DNA of 63,500 bases, filler included, from Octopus bimaculoides (Eukaryota), in NCBI RefSeq assembly GCF_001194135.2. It is 11 parts of 7 records of this genome, joined end to end, with 100 filler letters (N's around TTAATTAATTAA, not from the genome) between each part and the next. Parts side by side here need not be neighbours in the genome. Positions count along the whole stretch, not along the records: positions 1 to 7,620 come from NC_068987.1; positions 7,721 to 10,379 come from NC_068997.1; positions 10,480 to 19,062 come from NC_068987.1; 8 more parts are not named here. One strand, given 5' to 3'. Positions 1-12,810 of this stretch are shown piece by piece; the stretch's first letter is position 1, and every line of letters starts with the position of its first letter. The position numbers and the translations under genes were made by a program. Under the pieces are notes generated by a model. That model searched no databases and was not told the origin of the DNA. It worked only from the letters and a program-made list of their open reading frames with translations.

Positions 1-478
1 TATATATATATATATATGTATGTATATAAAACAATAATAAATGAGTATATGCATATATACATACAAGTATGTGCATACCTGCATCTACCTGTATATATAG
101 GTGCATATCTGGGTACAGGACATTGCAAACAAAACGTAGACAAAAAAATAATAATAACCAAAGTACAGAAAACACACAGGCCACATAGAGAATATTTTCC
201 TTCATCAGTTGCCACCATTCTAACACAGGCGTTTCGAAGAGTTAGGGCAGGACGCATCGTTAAAATGGCTCTTCCCACGGACCACAAATTAAATTTGTAC
301 CCACAAATTAAATTTGTACCATGGCGGAATGTAGTGGCGGACAGAAAACAAGACAGGAAAACAAACAGAAAAGGCTATATGGCCAGATGTGAAAAATCAT
401 GTGTATATGGAACGCTGTGAAGCAACGAATGTGTTTTGTGTGTGTGTATATATATATATGTATATATATATAAATATG

Positions 479-852
479 TAGTTTTAGGGAAAAGAACCAA
501 GTTTCAAGAACGCTATGGATAAGTACTGTTTTTATTTTGCTAAATGATTTTCTACTATTTGAAAATAATATGTATTCTTGTTTTTTATATTATTCCATTT
601 GGTGTTTTTAAAGATTATTTTTAATATATAACTTATTTAACACTAAATTATTTTGAAGTTAGAGTATCATTTCAACATAATATAATACTTCGATAGTGGA
701 TTTTCATCGATGAGTTCTTGAAACTTGGTTCTTTTCCCTAAAACTATATATTTTTTATATATATTTTAATCTATAAAGCTCAATTTAATTTTAATTTTTA
801 ATTTATAAATTGATTTTAATTGAGTTTTTACCAGTAATTTTGGATTTTGTCC

Positions 853-856
<4 letters not shown>
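479..856. mobile_element. Foldback/MITE-like element in (TA)n, copy 1
   Basis: Perfect 33-bp inverted repeat TAGTTTTAGGGAAAAGAACCAAGTTTCAAGAAC at 479-511 / 714-746. Segment ~690-856 matches the reverse complement of ~9667-9820. Confidence 0.7.
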
Positions 857-894
<38 letters not shown>

Positions 895-1059
895 CATATA
901 TACACACACACACACAAACACAAACACACACATGTATATGTGAGTGCTTGTGTCTCCATATCTTAACATCATGTGATTAATGTAAATAAATGTCATTTCT
1001 AATATTCTGCAAAATCATGTCCTGTCATGGAAAAAATGTTACCTTGCTTCAAAATAGGT

Positions 1060-1175
1060 TGAGGGTTTGCAACAAGAAGGGCATCTGCCCACAGAACATC
1101 TGCCCACAGAACATCTGCCCACAGAACATCTGCCTCAATAAACTCTGTCTGATCCATGCAAGCATGGAAATCAAT
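1060..1175 (+). repeat. 3' part of an abundant SINE/RTE-like tail family, with an internal 15-bp tandem triplication
   Basis: AAGAAGGGCATC...CCATGCAAGCATGGAAA is shared with ~2025-2215, ~2855-3045, ~5380-5475 and ~51180-51410. CATCTGCCCACAGAA occurs three times at 1082-1126. Confidence 0.6.
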
Positions 1176-3109
1176 ATATACTATTATTTTTTAATACTTT
1201 AATCAGAGGACAAAGTGGAGAATTCTTGACTATTTCCAAGATTTTCATGATTGGTCGGAAGGGGAAGTTATACTCAGACTTGTGGCCTGGTGCAGATGCT
1301 AGCACCAGAGCAGATTCCAATGATTATCTCTTCACGGTCAAAAGATAGTGTTAAACTGGACATTAAATTAAGTTTATCACCCAAGAATGTGATCAGTATT
1401 TCTAGTGATCTTCTACAGTTTCCATCTATTAAATTTCACTCACAAAGCTTTGATTGACTTGAAGCTATGCCAAAGGTGGTACATAGTGAGACCAAACCCA
1501 ATCCACGTGGTTGCAGCAGAAAATTCTTAATTATACCTCTGTACTTGCACCCAGTGTGATACAATGTTGAATATACTACAGTTATTGTTCTTAACTTGGG
1601 TAGCAGTGCTCCTTTGGGGAATTGTGAGCTTACAAGAGGGTACTGGTTGTAGGAGGGTTGTAATTTTACTTAGAAATTAACCAGATAAAATAATTATATA
1701 TTAAATACAGTTTCGAAAAATGTTTCTTTGGTTTAAAATATTGGTGTTAAATTTTGGCACAAGGTCAGCAAGTTTGGGGTCATACGCAATACAATATACT
1801 ATGCCTCAAATGATATCTGAATTTAGAATAAAGGGAAATAACTAGTTTTACCATTTCTGCCTTTATCTCTCTCAGTAATTAATCCTGATTTTGCTTTATT
1901 GTTGATGAAGAAACGAATAGAGATAATATAGAGTAGGGAACAACTCTATTGTCTTGTCAGAGACAGTACAACTTTTCTAGTGCAAGTGCCACAATGAAAT
2001 ACATTTTGTATAATGACTGACATAGAAAGGGCAGCCAACTGTAGAAACCATGCCAAAAATGGAATACAGAAAGGAATGTGTTTGCCAATGCCTGTAGGGG
2101 GATAATAACTCTGAACAAAGAATGACATCCATGACTTACCTGTCTGATTCATCCCAGCATCGAAAAGAAAATGCAAATGAATAAAGTTGTTATTGTTGGT
2201 CATGCCATGAGCTCTGGCAAATCCTTATCCATTTAGCAACTGATATTACTTTCTTTAAAGTTCTTGTGCCCCAAGACTACTAAAACATGGCTACCAGTTT
2301 GATGTCAGGGTCTTATGTATTCAATTAACCTTTTTGTTATCAAATTTCTGTTGAAATATGTTGCTGTTTCAATTAATTTGGAAAATAATAAAGAATTTCG
2401 TGAAATAAATTAACAGTATCTCAGTGAGTGAACATGAAACTTCACTGGGACTGACTTTATCATTCCTCTCTTAAAGTTATAGAATTTACATTTACATGAA
2501 ATGGAATCAATTCAATTCAATTTGTCGCTTTGGAAAATAAATGCACATCTCTCACTCTCCCATACACTCTTGCAACCTCAATCCACCCACATTCTTGGTT
2601 CCTCTGTTCCTATCACTTCTAATTACCTAGCTCTTTGGAGGTGTCCTCAGGCACCTCATCACCTATATTTTTATCTTTTCCCAGCTCCACTCTGATCAAC
2701 CCCATTTTCTTTTCATAAATGCGAGTAGCCATGTAGCTTCTCTACAGCAAGGAGCCTGTTTTGCTCTCTCCCCTTCTCTCACACTTGAATTTCATATTTC
2801 TTAGCACAAAGCTACCTCTTGAAGAGGTTTGTTGTTTTACAAGCTGCATGGTGAGCTCACTAGTGCTATAGTGGTACAAAAACATATTTAGTACACAATA
2901 TAATGTGGTTAAGACAGATATTCAGCCATAGAAAACATGCCAAAGTAGACAATGGAGGTGGATACATTCCTTAGACCTGTTGGATTGTGTCAAAATGTCC
3001 AACCTATACCAGCTTTGAATATGGACATTGAATGATGATGATGATGAGAGTCACCGTGAACAACATTCTTTTCTTTAAACTCACTACAGCAACCAACAAT
3101 ACACTAATA

Positions 3110-3305
3110 TTGATTTCAAATTTTGGCACAAGGCCTGCAAATTTGGGGGAGGAGGTAAGTCAATTACATTGACTTTCAGTACTCAACTGGTACTTTTTTT
3201 TATTGACCCTGAAAGGATAAAAGGCAAAATTTGAACTTAGACACAAAGATGAATGAAATGCCAGTAACCATTTTGCCTGGCATGCTAACGATTCTACTAG
3301 CTCTA
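3110..3305 (-). mobile_element. SINE family A, degenerate copy
   Basis: Reverse-complement match to the family A consensus seen at 26147-26330. Confidence 0.6.
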
Positions 3306-3424
3306 TTAGTCATGCTAATATTACTGAAGTGCTGCATGCATTTGACATTCTTGCTAAATAACATGATTCCCCCAGATGGTTGTGTGATCAAGACTACTAA
3401 AACATGGCTACCATTCTGAGGTCA

Positions 3425-3635
3425 GGATCTTTTGTTATCAAACTTCTGTTGAAATATATTGCTGTTTCAGTTAATTTTGAAAATAATGAAGAATTTTGTA
3501 AAATAAATTTGTCATTATTAAACTGATATTTGGAACATAAACTTACATGAAATTATGATGGATCACTTTAAAACTGGAAGTTTGTGTCACAGAACTAGAT
3601 AAAGTCTCAGGTGGGTTGGTATCAAAAAGGTTGAA
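3425..3635. mobile_element. piggyBac-like MITE (TTAACCCTTT...AAAAGGGTTAA type), degenerate; partial copies at ~2325-2450 and ~49340-49400
   Basis: Shared body TTTTGTTATCAAA(T/C)TTCTGTTGAAATAT... and a right end GGTATCAAAAAGGTTGAA. Confidence 0.45.
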
Positions 3636-3969
3636 TAAGGCTTCCAAAGGTAAAAGACTGCATACAATTACAACTTTACTTCTATAAACATTTTGGTGTG
3701 GGATTACATTATAAGACTTGAATAAGTACTTACCAGACTCATTATACCTGCTTCTCCTTCATGTCATCAAGGAACAAAAGCTGCTGTCAAAGAAGCCTTA
3801 GCTGACATAATTATGACATAACAATTACTGTTATTTTTACTTTCGGAGAATGTTGATTTCAGATTCCTTCTTTTTTTCATGCCTTGTTTTGCATATTACC
3901 ACATTAAATTTTCATTGTTTAAATGAGGCTCTAACCATGACCCTCCTGTCTTTCTTCTAAAATATCTGT

Positions 3970-4125
3970 ATAGACATGACTGTGTGGTTAAGAAGTTTAT
4001 TTCCCAACTGCTTGGTTTTGGGTTCACCCTCACAATGTGGTGCCTTGGGTAGGTATCTACTATAGCCTTGTGAGTGGATTTGGTAGACAGAAACTGAAAG
4101 AAGTCCTTCGTATAAGTGTACATGT
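3970..4125 (+). mobile_element. SINE family B copy
   Basis: Matches the GGCTGTGTGGTAAG...GTGAGTGGATTTGGTAGACGGAAACTGAAAGAAG family, e.g. 32245-32420. Confidence 0.7.
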
Positions 4126-4184
4126 GTTTGCCTGTCCTTGTCTGATATCATGCTATAGTTATAAACATGTAGTGAAACTACCTC

Positions 4185-4360
4185 CCGCCATTAGATACAA
4201 AACTACTATCGCCATTACATACAATCTTCTCATTTAAATATAGATAAATGCGAGCGTAGTAGAGAACCCATTCCTTGTCATCACGTGACTGATTATTATT
4301 CGAATCGGCAACTTCTTCGAAAACTGACCAATCACGGCCCCTAATAAGGTCACGTGATAG
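4185..4360. promoter_or_regulatory. Candidate TATA-less (housekeeping-type) promoter motif cluster
   Basis: TCACGTGA E-boxes at 4281-4288 and 4350-4357, NF-Y-type GACCAATCA (CCAAT 4328-4332), YY1-like CCGCCATT 4185-4192 and CGCCATT 4210-4216, locally CpG-rich. Confidence 0.4.
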
Positions 4361-5856
4361 AGTAAAATTCTGAAGGCATTTGGAGCCCTCTTAACGCTAT
4401 AAATAGATCAACTCATACCCCACAAATTTGTCTCGGTCCAGTTTCTCTTTNNNNNNNNNNNNNNNNNNNNNNNNNNNNNNNNNNNNNNNNNNNNNNNNNN
4501 NNNNNNNNNNNNNNNNNNNNNNNNNNNNNNNNNNNNNNNNNNNNNNNNNNNNNNNNNNNNNNNNNNNNNNNNNNNNNNNNNNNNNNNNNNNNNNNNNNNN
4601 NNNNNNNNNNNNNNNNNNNNNNNNNNNNNNNNNNNNNNNNNNNNNNNNNNNNNNNNNNNNNNNNNNNNNNNNNNNNNNNNNNNNNNNNNNNNNNNNNNNN
4701 NNNNNNNNNNNNNNNNNNNNNNNNNNNNNNNNNNNNNNNNNNNNNNNNNNNNNNNNNNNNNNNNNNNNNNNNNNNNNNNNNNNNNNNNNNNNNNNNNNNN
4801 NNNNNNNNNNNNNNNNNNNNNNNNNNNNNNNNNNNNNNNNNNNNNNNNNNNNNNNNNNNNNNNNNNNNNNNNNNNNNNNNNNNNNNNNNNNNNNNNNNNN
4901 NNNNNNNNNNNNNNNNNNNNNNNNNNNNNNNNNNNNNNNNNNNNNNNNNNNNNNNNNNNNNNNNNNNNNNNNNNNNNNTCTGCTGTAAACACTCATACAC
5001 ACATGTATCACTCACATACACACTTTTCTTTGTATGACGGCCTGTTTTTGATTATGTTATTATATGTCGCATTCACACTCTCACACAGACATACATCTTT
5101 AACGCCATAATAAATATCTCTGTTATTCATCTAATACGGTTGTGGTCTTTCATTAGTGGTCACATATGTTATCGTCGCATAACATATTAGTATATCATCT
5201 TCGATATATTATTGTGTGTTCGACCGTGTGACGCGTTTAAATAAAAGGAGTCCTCTGTTTTTCCATTCGTCACCATTTCTCCTTTTTGAGTTCGCACGGT
5301 CGTCCCTTACAAACATGTCACCATCATATGACAACATTTCCAGCAGCTATGGAGGAAATATTATCTTGCTTGCAAACAGGTAAGGGTTGGTGACAAGAAG
5401 GGCATCAGGTCATAGAAAATCTGCCTCAATGAATTCTGTCCAGCCCTTGCAAGTATGGAAAAGTGGACAGTAAACCGTTTCGCTTTTTTCAAATTTTATC
5501 TTTTTTAATTACAATTAAAGATGGTAGTCTAAGATAGGGGGTATTTCGTACACTTCCTGCCTTATGCTGAGGAATATTAGAACAGTTTTAGTGACATGAT
5601 GCTGAATATAGAATACAAGAAGCTTCTGGCATATTATTAATTTGGTATCATAGTTCTTACAAAATATAACTAGTTTAAATCAACTGCAAAGGAACATTTC
5701 AAAGGATGCAGTTACTTCCCTTAGTCTCACTGTTAGTAAATAGAGATAGTACCTAAGTTTCTTTTCGTTTATAAAAAAGGAAAAACACACTGGATACTAC
5801 TCAAAAGATGAGGTGGTTATGGTTAGAAGACTTTTGATTATAAATCTGCTCCACTA

Positions 5857-6070
5857 GGATTGACCTGGAGCTAAATATCTACATTACCCACCATTACAAA
5901 ACTGTCTTTCACCAGGAGAAAGCTGTAACGTTCATGCTCAGCTATATAAATAATAGAAAACTTATATTTCTATGAATGGTTATTTTAAGTGAGGTTTTTT
6001 TCAGGTAGATTTAAGAGCATGCTTTTATGGGTGCAGTTGAGTATTATAATGTGGCACTAAGAAATAATGG
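5857..6070 (+). repeat. Identical duplicate of 6373-6586 across an N gap
   Basis: Sequence CTAGGATTGACC...AGAAATAATGG is repeated verbatim on both sides of gap 6071-6372. Confidence 0.85.
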
Positions 6071-6372
6071 NNNNNNNNNNNNNNNNNNNNNNNNNNNNNN
6101 NNNNNNNNNNNNNNNNNNNNNNNNNNNNNNNNNNNNNNNNNNNNNNNNNNNNNNNNNNNNNNNNNNNNNNNNNNNNNNNNNNNNNNNNNNNNNNNNNNNN
6201 NNNNNNNNNNNNNNNNNNNNNNNNNNNNNNNNNNNNNNNNNNNNNNNNNNNNNNNNNNNNNNNNNNNNNNNNNNNNNNNNNNNNNNNNNNNNNNNNNNNN
6301 NNNNNNNNNNNNNNNNNNNNNNNNNNNNNNNNNNNNNNNNNNNNNNNNNNNNNNNNNNNNNNNNNNNNNNNN

Positions 6373-7620
6373 CTAGGATTGACCTGGAGCTAAATATCTA
6401 CATTACCCACCATTACAAAACTGTCTTTCACCAGGAGAAAGCTGTAACGTTCATGCTCAGCTATATAAATAATAGAAAACTTATATTTCTATGAATGGTT
6501 ATTTTAAGTGAGGTTTTTTTCAGGTAGATTTAAGAGCATGCTTTTATGGGTGCAGTTGAGTATTATAATGTGGCACTAAGAAATAATGGATTCTCTGATG
6601 AGATCAGATATGTAAAAACATTAAGAATACACAGTGTAAGAATAAGAATTGGAAAAAGAACATTTTATGGTATAACCCAGTATTTAACCTAGCAGTAAAA
6701 GCTAATATAGCAAGAGAATTTCTTAATTTAATAGATCATCATTTTCCTCCAGGCCATAAGTATAAACTTTGTAAACAGTTAAATGCACTACAAAATATTT
6801 TGATATATATTAGAAAATATCATTTCCAGAGAAAAGGCAGTTCCATCATTAAGATTATGGTGTAAAACTTTAGAAGTGCTGGAATGGTTTCAGGGAATAA
6901 AAGAGAAAGGAAATTGTTGATTTGTGCAGTTTGACATTGCTGGCTTTTATCCCACTATAATCAAAACCCTGTCAATGAAGGCCCAAGATTTTGCAAAAAC
7001 AATTACTGATATTAGTGAGTTGGACATTGACATAACTATGCACTCAAGAAAATCTCTCCTCTTCTTCAATAATGACACATGGATTAAGAGAAGCAGTAAT
7101 GAATTATTTGACATGTCCATGGAAGTATATGATGGAGCCCAGGTGAGTGAAATTATGGGGCTATATATTCTAAATTTACTGAAAATAAAACTTCCTGAAA
7201 TGGACTGTGGCTTATATCATGATGATGGCTTGATTCTATTGAAACAGTCGTAAGTGAGATAGATGTAGGAAAAATTTGATTAAAGTATTTCAGGAAATAG
7301 GACTTAGTATTACTGTAGATACTAACCTTATCACTGTTAATTTTCTTGATTCAACATTAAGACTGGATAATGATAGTTTTAGACCATAACACAAACCAAA
7401 TGAGAAGTTAGTATATATATACATAGACAATCAAATTTCCCATCAAACAGGTATCCTCATTATCTTTTCATGAAGATGCTTTTATGGGTGCAGTTGAGTA
7501 TTATAATGTGGCACTAAGAAATAATGGATTCTCTGATGAGATCAGATATGTAAAAACATTAAGAATACACAGTGTAAGAATAAGAATTGGAAAAAGAACA
7601 TTTTATGGTATAACCCAGTA
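6373..7620 (+). mobile_element. Penelope-like retroelement (Naiad-like) RT remnant, degenerate and partly duplicated
   Basis: ORF 6924-7253 has PLE RT motifs FDIAGFYPTI, FDMSMEVYDGAQVSEIMGLYIL and GLYHDDGL. Downstream are HKPNEKLVYIH and thumb/linker YYNVALRNNGF...KRNILWYNP-like sequence; stops and frameshifts are present. Confidence 0.85.
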
Positions 7621-7664
7621 NNNNNNNNNNNNNNNNNNNNNNNNNNNNNNNNNNNNNNNNNNNN

Positions 7665-7676
7665 TTAATTAATTAA
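7665..7676. other. Artificial assembly linker TTAATTAATTAA inside a 100-bp N join (also 10424, 19107, 23215, 29005, 40792, 44813, 51745, 58617, 61810)
   Basis: Identical 12-mer with stops in all six frames, flanked by about 44 N on each side, occurring ten times. Confidence 0.95.
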
Positions 7677-7720
7677 NNNNNNNNNNNNNNNNNNNNNNNN
7701 NNNNNNNNNNNNNNNNNNNN

Positions 7721-7785
<65 letters not shown>

Positions 7786-8259
7786 ATATGTTATATGTTA
7801 ATATTATCTTGGTTGAAAAACTTCGATAATGCAAATATGGTAATAGTTACCAGTGTAGCAAAAATCTCACAGAAACTGGGATATTATACCTGGTTAAGGG
7901 GTAGAAATTCCATGTTAAAGTGATGTATTTTGAGTTGATTTAAAGAATAATAATAAATGGCGCAAAACGCATATAATCAATAAGTTTCTTTAATTCCTAC
8001 ACATGTTTCAAACATTATATGCACTCTACTCCAAAGGAATAAGAGATGCTGGTTTATACATATAATTTTATCTTCAGGGAACCATTTTACAAATGCAAGA
8101 CTTGTGCTGAATGCTAAGATTACGACTTTGTCTTTCATCCTTTAGTGATCGATAAAATGAGTACCAGCTGAATACTGGGGTCAATATAATCAACTATCCC
8201 TCTTCCTTGAAATTGCTGGTATTGTACCAAAATTGAAAACTGATATTTAATTATAAAAA

Positions 8260-8511
8260 TACGAAGGATCATTGAAAAGTTCCTGTTTTTTAGGGTATCG
8301 CGAAAGGCCTGGATGGAGTTCTTTTTAAAGGACTTAGAAAAACCGAAGGATCACTGCAATAAGTACAGGTAGAAGGAAATACAGGGGGATCAGTTAATTA
8401 TGATTTTATTCAACATATTCTCCTCTCAGATTCACACACTTATTTCATCGGTCCTATTCGTCCTGTGTTTTCTTTTACTTAAAGCCAGGAACTTTTCAGC
8501 ACCCTCTCGTA
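8260..8511. mobile_element. Mariner-type MITE
   Basis: Imperfect TIRs TACGAAGGATCATTGAAAAGTTCCTG / CCAGGAACTTTTCAGCACCCTCTCGTA, with TA at both ends. Confidence 0.7.
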
Positions 8512-8763
8512 CAATCGTATTTTTTAAAACATCGAATGGTTATGGTGGTCCAGTAGTGTAGAATAGGAATCCATCGACAAAATATGGTTGAGAACCAACG
8601 TCTTCTTTAAACGATCGAGAAAATAAAATACCAGTTAAATACTGGCTCTGTCCCTTCTTCGCAAAATTTGCATTCTTTTGCCATAAACTTAAAAAATGAA
8701 CTCTGTAATATTACCGATTCCTTCTGCTAAGAACACTTCTCTCTTTATTGTATTATCTTCTAG

Positions 8764-8838
8764 CCTGAAAGAAAGGTCGATGCTGCTAATGCTTCGGTCT
8801 GTTTTGTACCATTTCTGGACACAATGCGCCAGGAGAAG
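8764..8838 (+). CDS. Candidate 75-nt internal exon of an unidentified gene
   Basis: Pyrimidine tract CTCTCTTTATTGTATTATCTTCTAG and donor AAG|GTAAGA. Two open frames (PERKVDAANASVCFVPFLDTMRQEK or LKERSMLLMLRSVLYHFWTQCARR); no homology recognised. Confidence 0.3.
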
Positions 8839-9362
8839 GTAAGATCGACTAGACGATTCTGGTGTTGTTGTCGTTGTTGCTGCTGCTGCTGTGACAACTA
8901 TAGCTGTTTATGATGTTATTGCTAATGATTCTGTCGTTGTTGCTGTGCTCTCGTTGTTGCTATAGCTGTTGTTGTTGCTGTAGCTGTTGTTGTTTCTGCT
9001 GCTGCTGCTGCTGCTGCTGTTACAGGTCACTGGATGTTGAACGATTGTGGTCGATTGATGCATGCTGGGTAATAGTACCGATACTGATTATCTTTGCCAT
9101 TATTGTTTCAGCTAATCTTCTTGAAAGATTGCATTACGCGCATCCATATACAGGTGTACATACACACACACACACACACGCACACACACAAATACACACA
9201 CGAACACACACACACGCACGCACATACAAATACACACACGAACACACGCACACGCACACATGCACACATCACTGGAGGCTTAACGCAGGAAAATTGCTTT
9301 CCAAACTAAAAACCATTACATCAGCGGTCTTTCTCTCTCTCCTACTCTCTCTATCTGTCTGT

Positions 9363-9419
<57 letters not shown>

Positions 9420-9666
9420 CATCTATCTATCTATCTAGCTAGCTATCTATCTCTCTCTCTGTCTCTCTCTCTCTCTTTCTCTCTNNNNNNNNNNNNNNNN
9501 NNNNNNNNNNNNNNNNNNNNNNNNNNNNNNNNNNNNNNNNNNNNNNNNNNNNNNNNNNNNNNNNNNNNNNNNNNNNNNNNNNNNNNNNNNNNNNNNNNNN
9601 NNNNNNNNNNNNNNNNNNNNNNNNNNNNNNNNNNNNNAATAATAATAATGATAATAATAATAATAA

Positions 9667-9880
9667 TAGGGATAAAATCCAAAATTACAGGTAAAAACTC
9701 AATTAAAATCAATTTATTAAAAATTAACATCAAATTAAGTTTCACAGAATAAAATATATAAATATATAGTTTTAGGGAAAAGAACCAAGGTTCATGAACT
9801 CATCGATGAAAATCCACTGTCACATATAGAAAAATTAATAATTAAAAGCACATTGGATTTTCATCGATGAGTTCATATAT
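9667..9880. mobile_element. Foldback/MITE-like element, copy 2 of the 479-856 family
   Basis: Same TAGTTTTAGGGAAAAGAACCAAG arm, plus a perfect 21-bp internal inverted repeat at 9796-9816 / 9854-9874. Confidence 0.7.
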
Positions 9881-10124
9881 ATTTCTATATATCACACTAT
9901 GGGTTCAGCATTCGTGAGAATGTATTTACCGTAAAAGTTCATATCTTACCATCCATGCATTATTGTATTTTACCATAATTTGATGCCATGTGTAATACTA
10001 AGCTCGGTTTTGGGACCTAAATTTTCTTAGACGTATAATAACATATGTATAACACCTGGCATTCTACAACTTCTACAAGAGTAAATAATCTTCTAAAATC
10101 CGACATATTAGTTGTTTCGCTTGC

Positions 10125-11318
<1,194 letters not shown>

Positions 11319-11372
11319 GTAGTAGTAGTAGTAGTAGTAATGATAATAATAATGATAATAATAATAATAATA

Positions 11373-12500
11373 ATTTCATCTATTTGCCACAAGGGCGAAG
11401 GATGAGGGGTACAATACAGAGACAGATATAAAGTGTTGGGGTTTACATATAAAACCAAGTACACACGGTATACACTGAAAAAGAAGAGACATATGCATAG
11501 CATACAAAGGTACAAAAAAAATGGTAGGAAGCATGATAGTGATGTAGTCCTCCTAACACAGAAAGGCCTCTAGAGATAATCCACTGTCCGAGATTTCCGT
11601 GAAACCCTAGAAGTACGTGCCCTCTCCAATTCCTTCTCTCCGACTCACAGGTCTAACAGTGGTACCATCCACTCTTGTCATTTTCGAAACTTCTACTCAT
11701 CTTTCAGTAAACTCACTTGAGGGTAGCACTTCTCTCTCCACTCTCAATTTCCTTTTCAAGTGAAACTTGAAAGAGTCATTGAGAGTTCTAGCTAAGAGGA
11801 ATGTATCTGTCCTCATGCTTTTCTTGTCCACCAAACAACCTCTTTCGCCACAACCTCCAGGCAAAGGAAAACTGCTTTGCCTGCCCGATTGAAGGAGAGC
11901 AGTGGTGCGATCATCACTACGGACTTGGCCAACAGACGGATCCGTCCCAGTGACAGTAGCTGTTCAACATAACTTCACAAGTCAGCAATGCCCGGACACT
12001 TCGTCGCATGATAAGGCTCCCGAATCGCCACTGTCGGTAGTGCATGGTGTATCTATGTCACCCGCATGTAGGGATGGTCGGACGTTGTTTGTTTCCACTG
12101 CTACAGTTGTTGGTACCATTGTAATGATGGGATTCTGCTGTTGGGGTTGTTGCTTTAATGGCTGTTGCTGCAGTGATTGTTGTTGCAGCTTTTGGCCTTC
12201 TTGAGGCGATGGTAGTAGCAGAGGCACCGTTTCTCGAGCTCCATTTTGTTGTTGTTATGAGCAGAGGACCTTGAAGTGGGCATTAGACCCACAAGTGTAG
12301 CACCTTGGCTTTCTGCCTTCCATCACGACTTGGAGTTGTGCTTCGTTGGGCAGCTCGATAAGGTCAGGAACCTTGTCCAGGTTTTACCTGGATCAAAATC
12401 TCCGACCTGACCAGTTCTCCTTCCGATATTTTTTTTAATTTCTAGAAACGAACCCGGTTCTTCGACAACAGCGCACTCAACCAAGAACCAAATGTCTAAT
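11373..12500 (-). mobile_element. Non-LTR retroelement remnant carrying only a gag-like ORF1 with a CCHC zinc knuckle (Tx1/L1-type ORF1), a 3' UTR and an (ATT)n tail
   Basis: Minus strand encodes DKVPDLIELPNEAQLQVVMEGRKPR-CYTCGSNAHFKVLC (CX2CX4HX4C at 12261-12302). A TAA at 12255-12257 is followed by an in-frame Q-rich tail (ORF 11982-12227). The element ends ...CCCTTGTGGCAAATAGATGAAATT(ATT)n at ~11373. Confidence 0.7.
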
Positions 12501-12644
12501 TCTGGTGGAATTTATCTGCAATAAGCAACCAAATAATTGTCACATATTATATTACAGCTATATATATATATAAATTGATATTAATTTGATTAATATCAAT
12601 TTAAACCAGTGGCCTAGCATATAGAAAAAATCTTATATATATAT

Positions 12645-12810
12645 AAGACTGTCTTCTTTCAGTTTCTGTCTACCAAATCCACTCACAAGGCTTTGGTCGA
12701 TCCGAGGCTATAGAAGAAGACACTTGCCCAAGGTGCCACACAATGGGACTGAACCTGAAATCATGTGACTGGTAAGCAAGATACTTACCACACAGCCACT
12801 CCTGCGCCAT
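12645..12810 (-). mobile_element. SINE family B copy
   Basis: TTTCAGTTTCTGTCTACCAAATCCACTCACAAGG...CACACAGCCACTCCTGCGCC. Confidence 0.8.

Noticed and set aside
283-320. 19-bp tandem duplication CCACAAATTAAATTTGTAC
   Set aside because: Simple local slippage duplication with no further structure.
7665-7676. Recurrent TTAATTAATTAA as a biological motif (PacI/homeodomain site)
   Set aside because: Always centred in fixed-length N blocks; it is an assembly linker.
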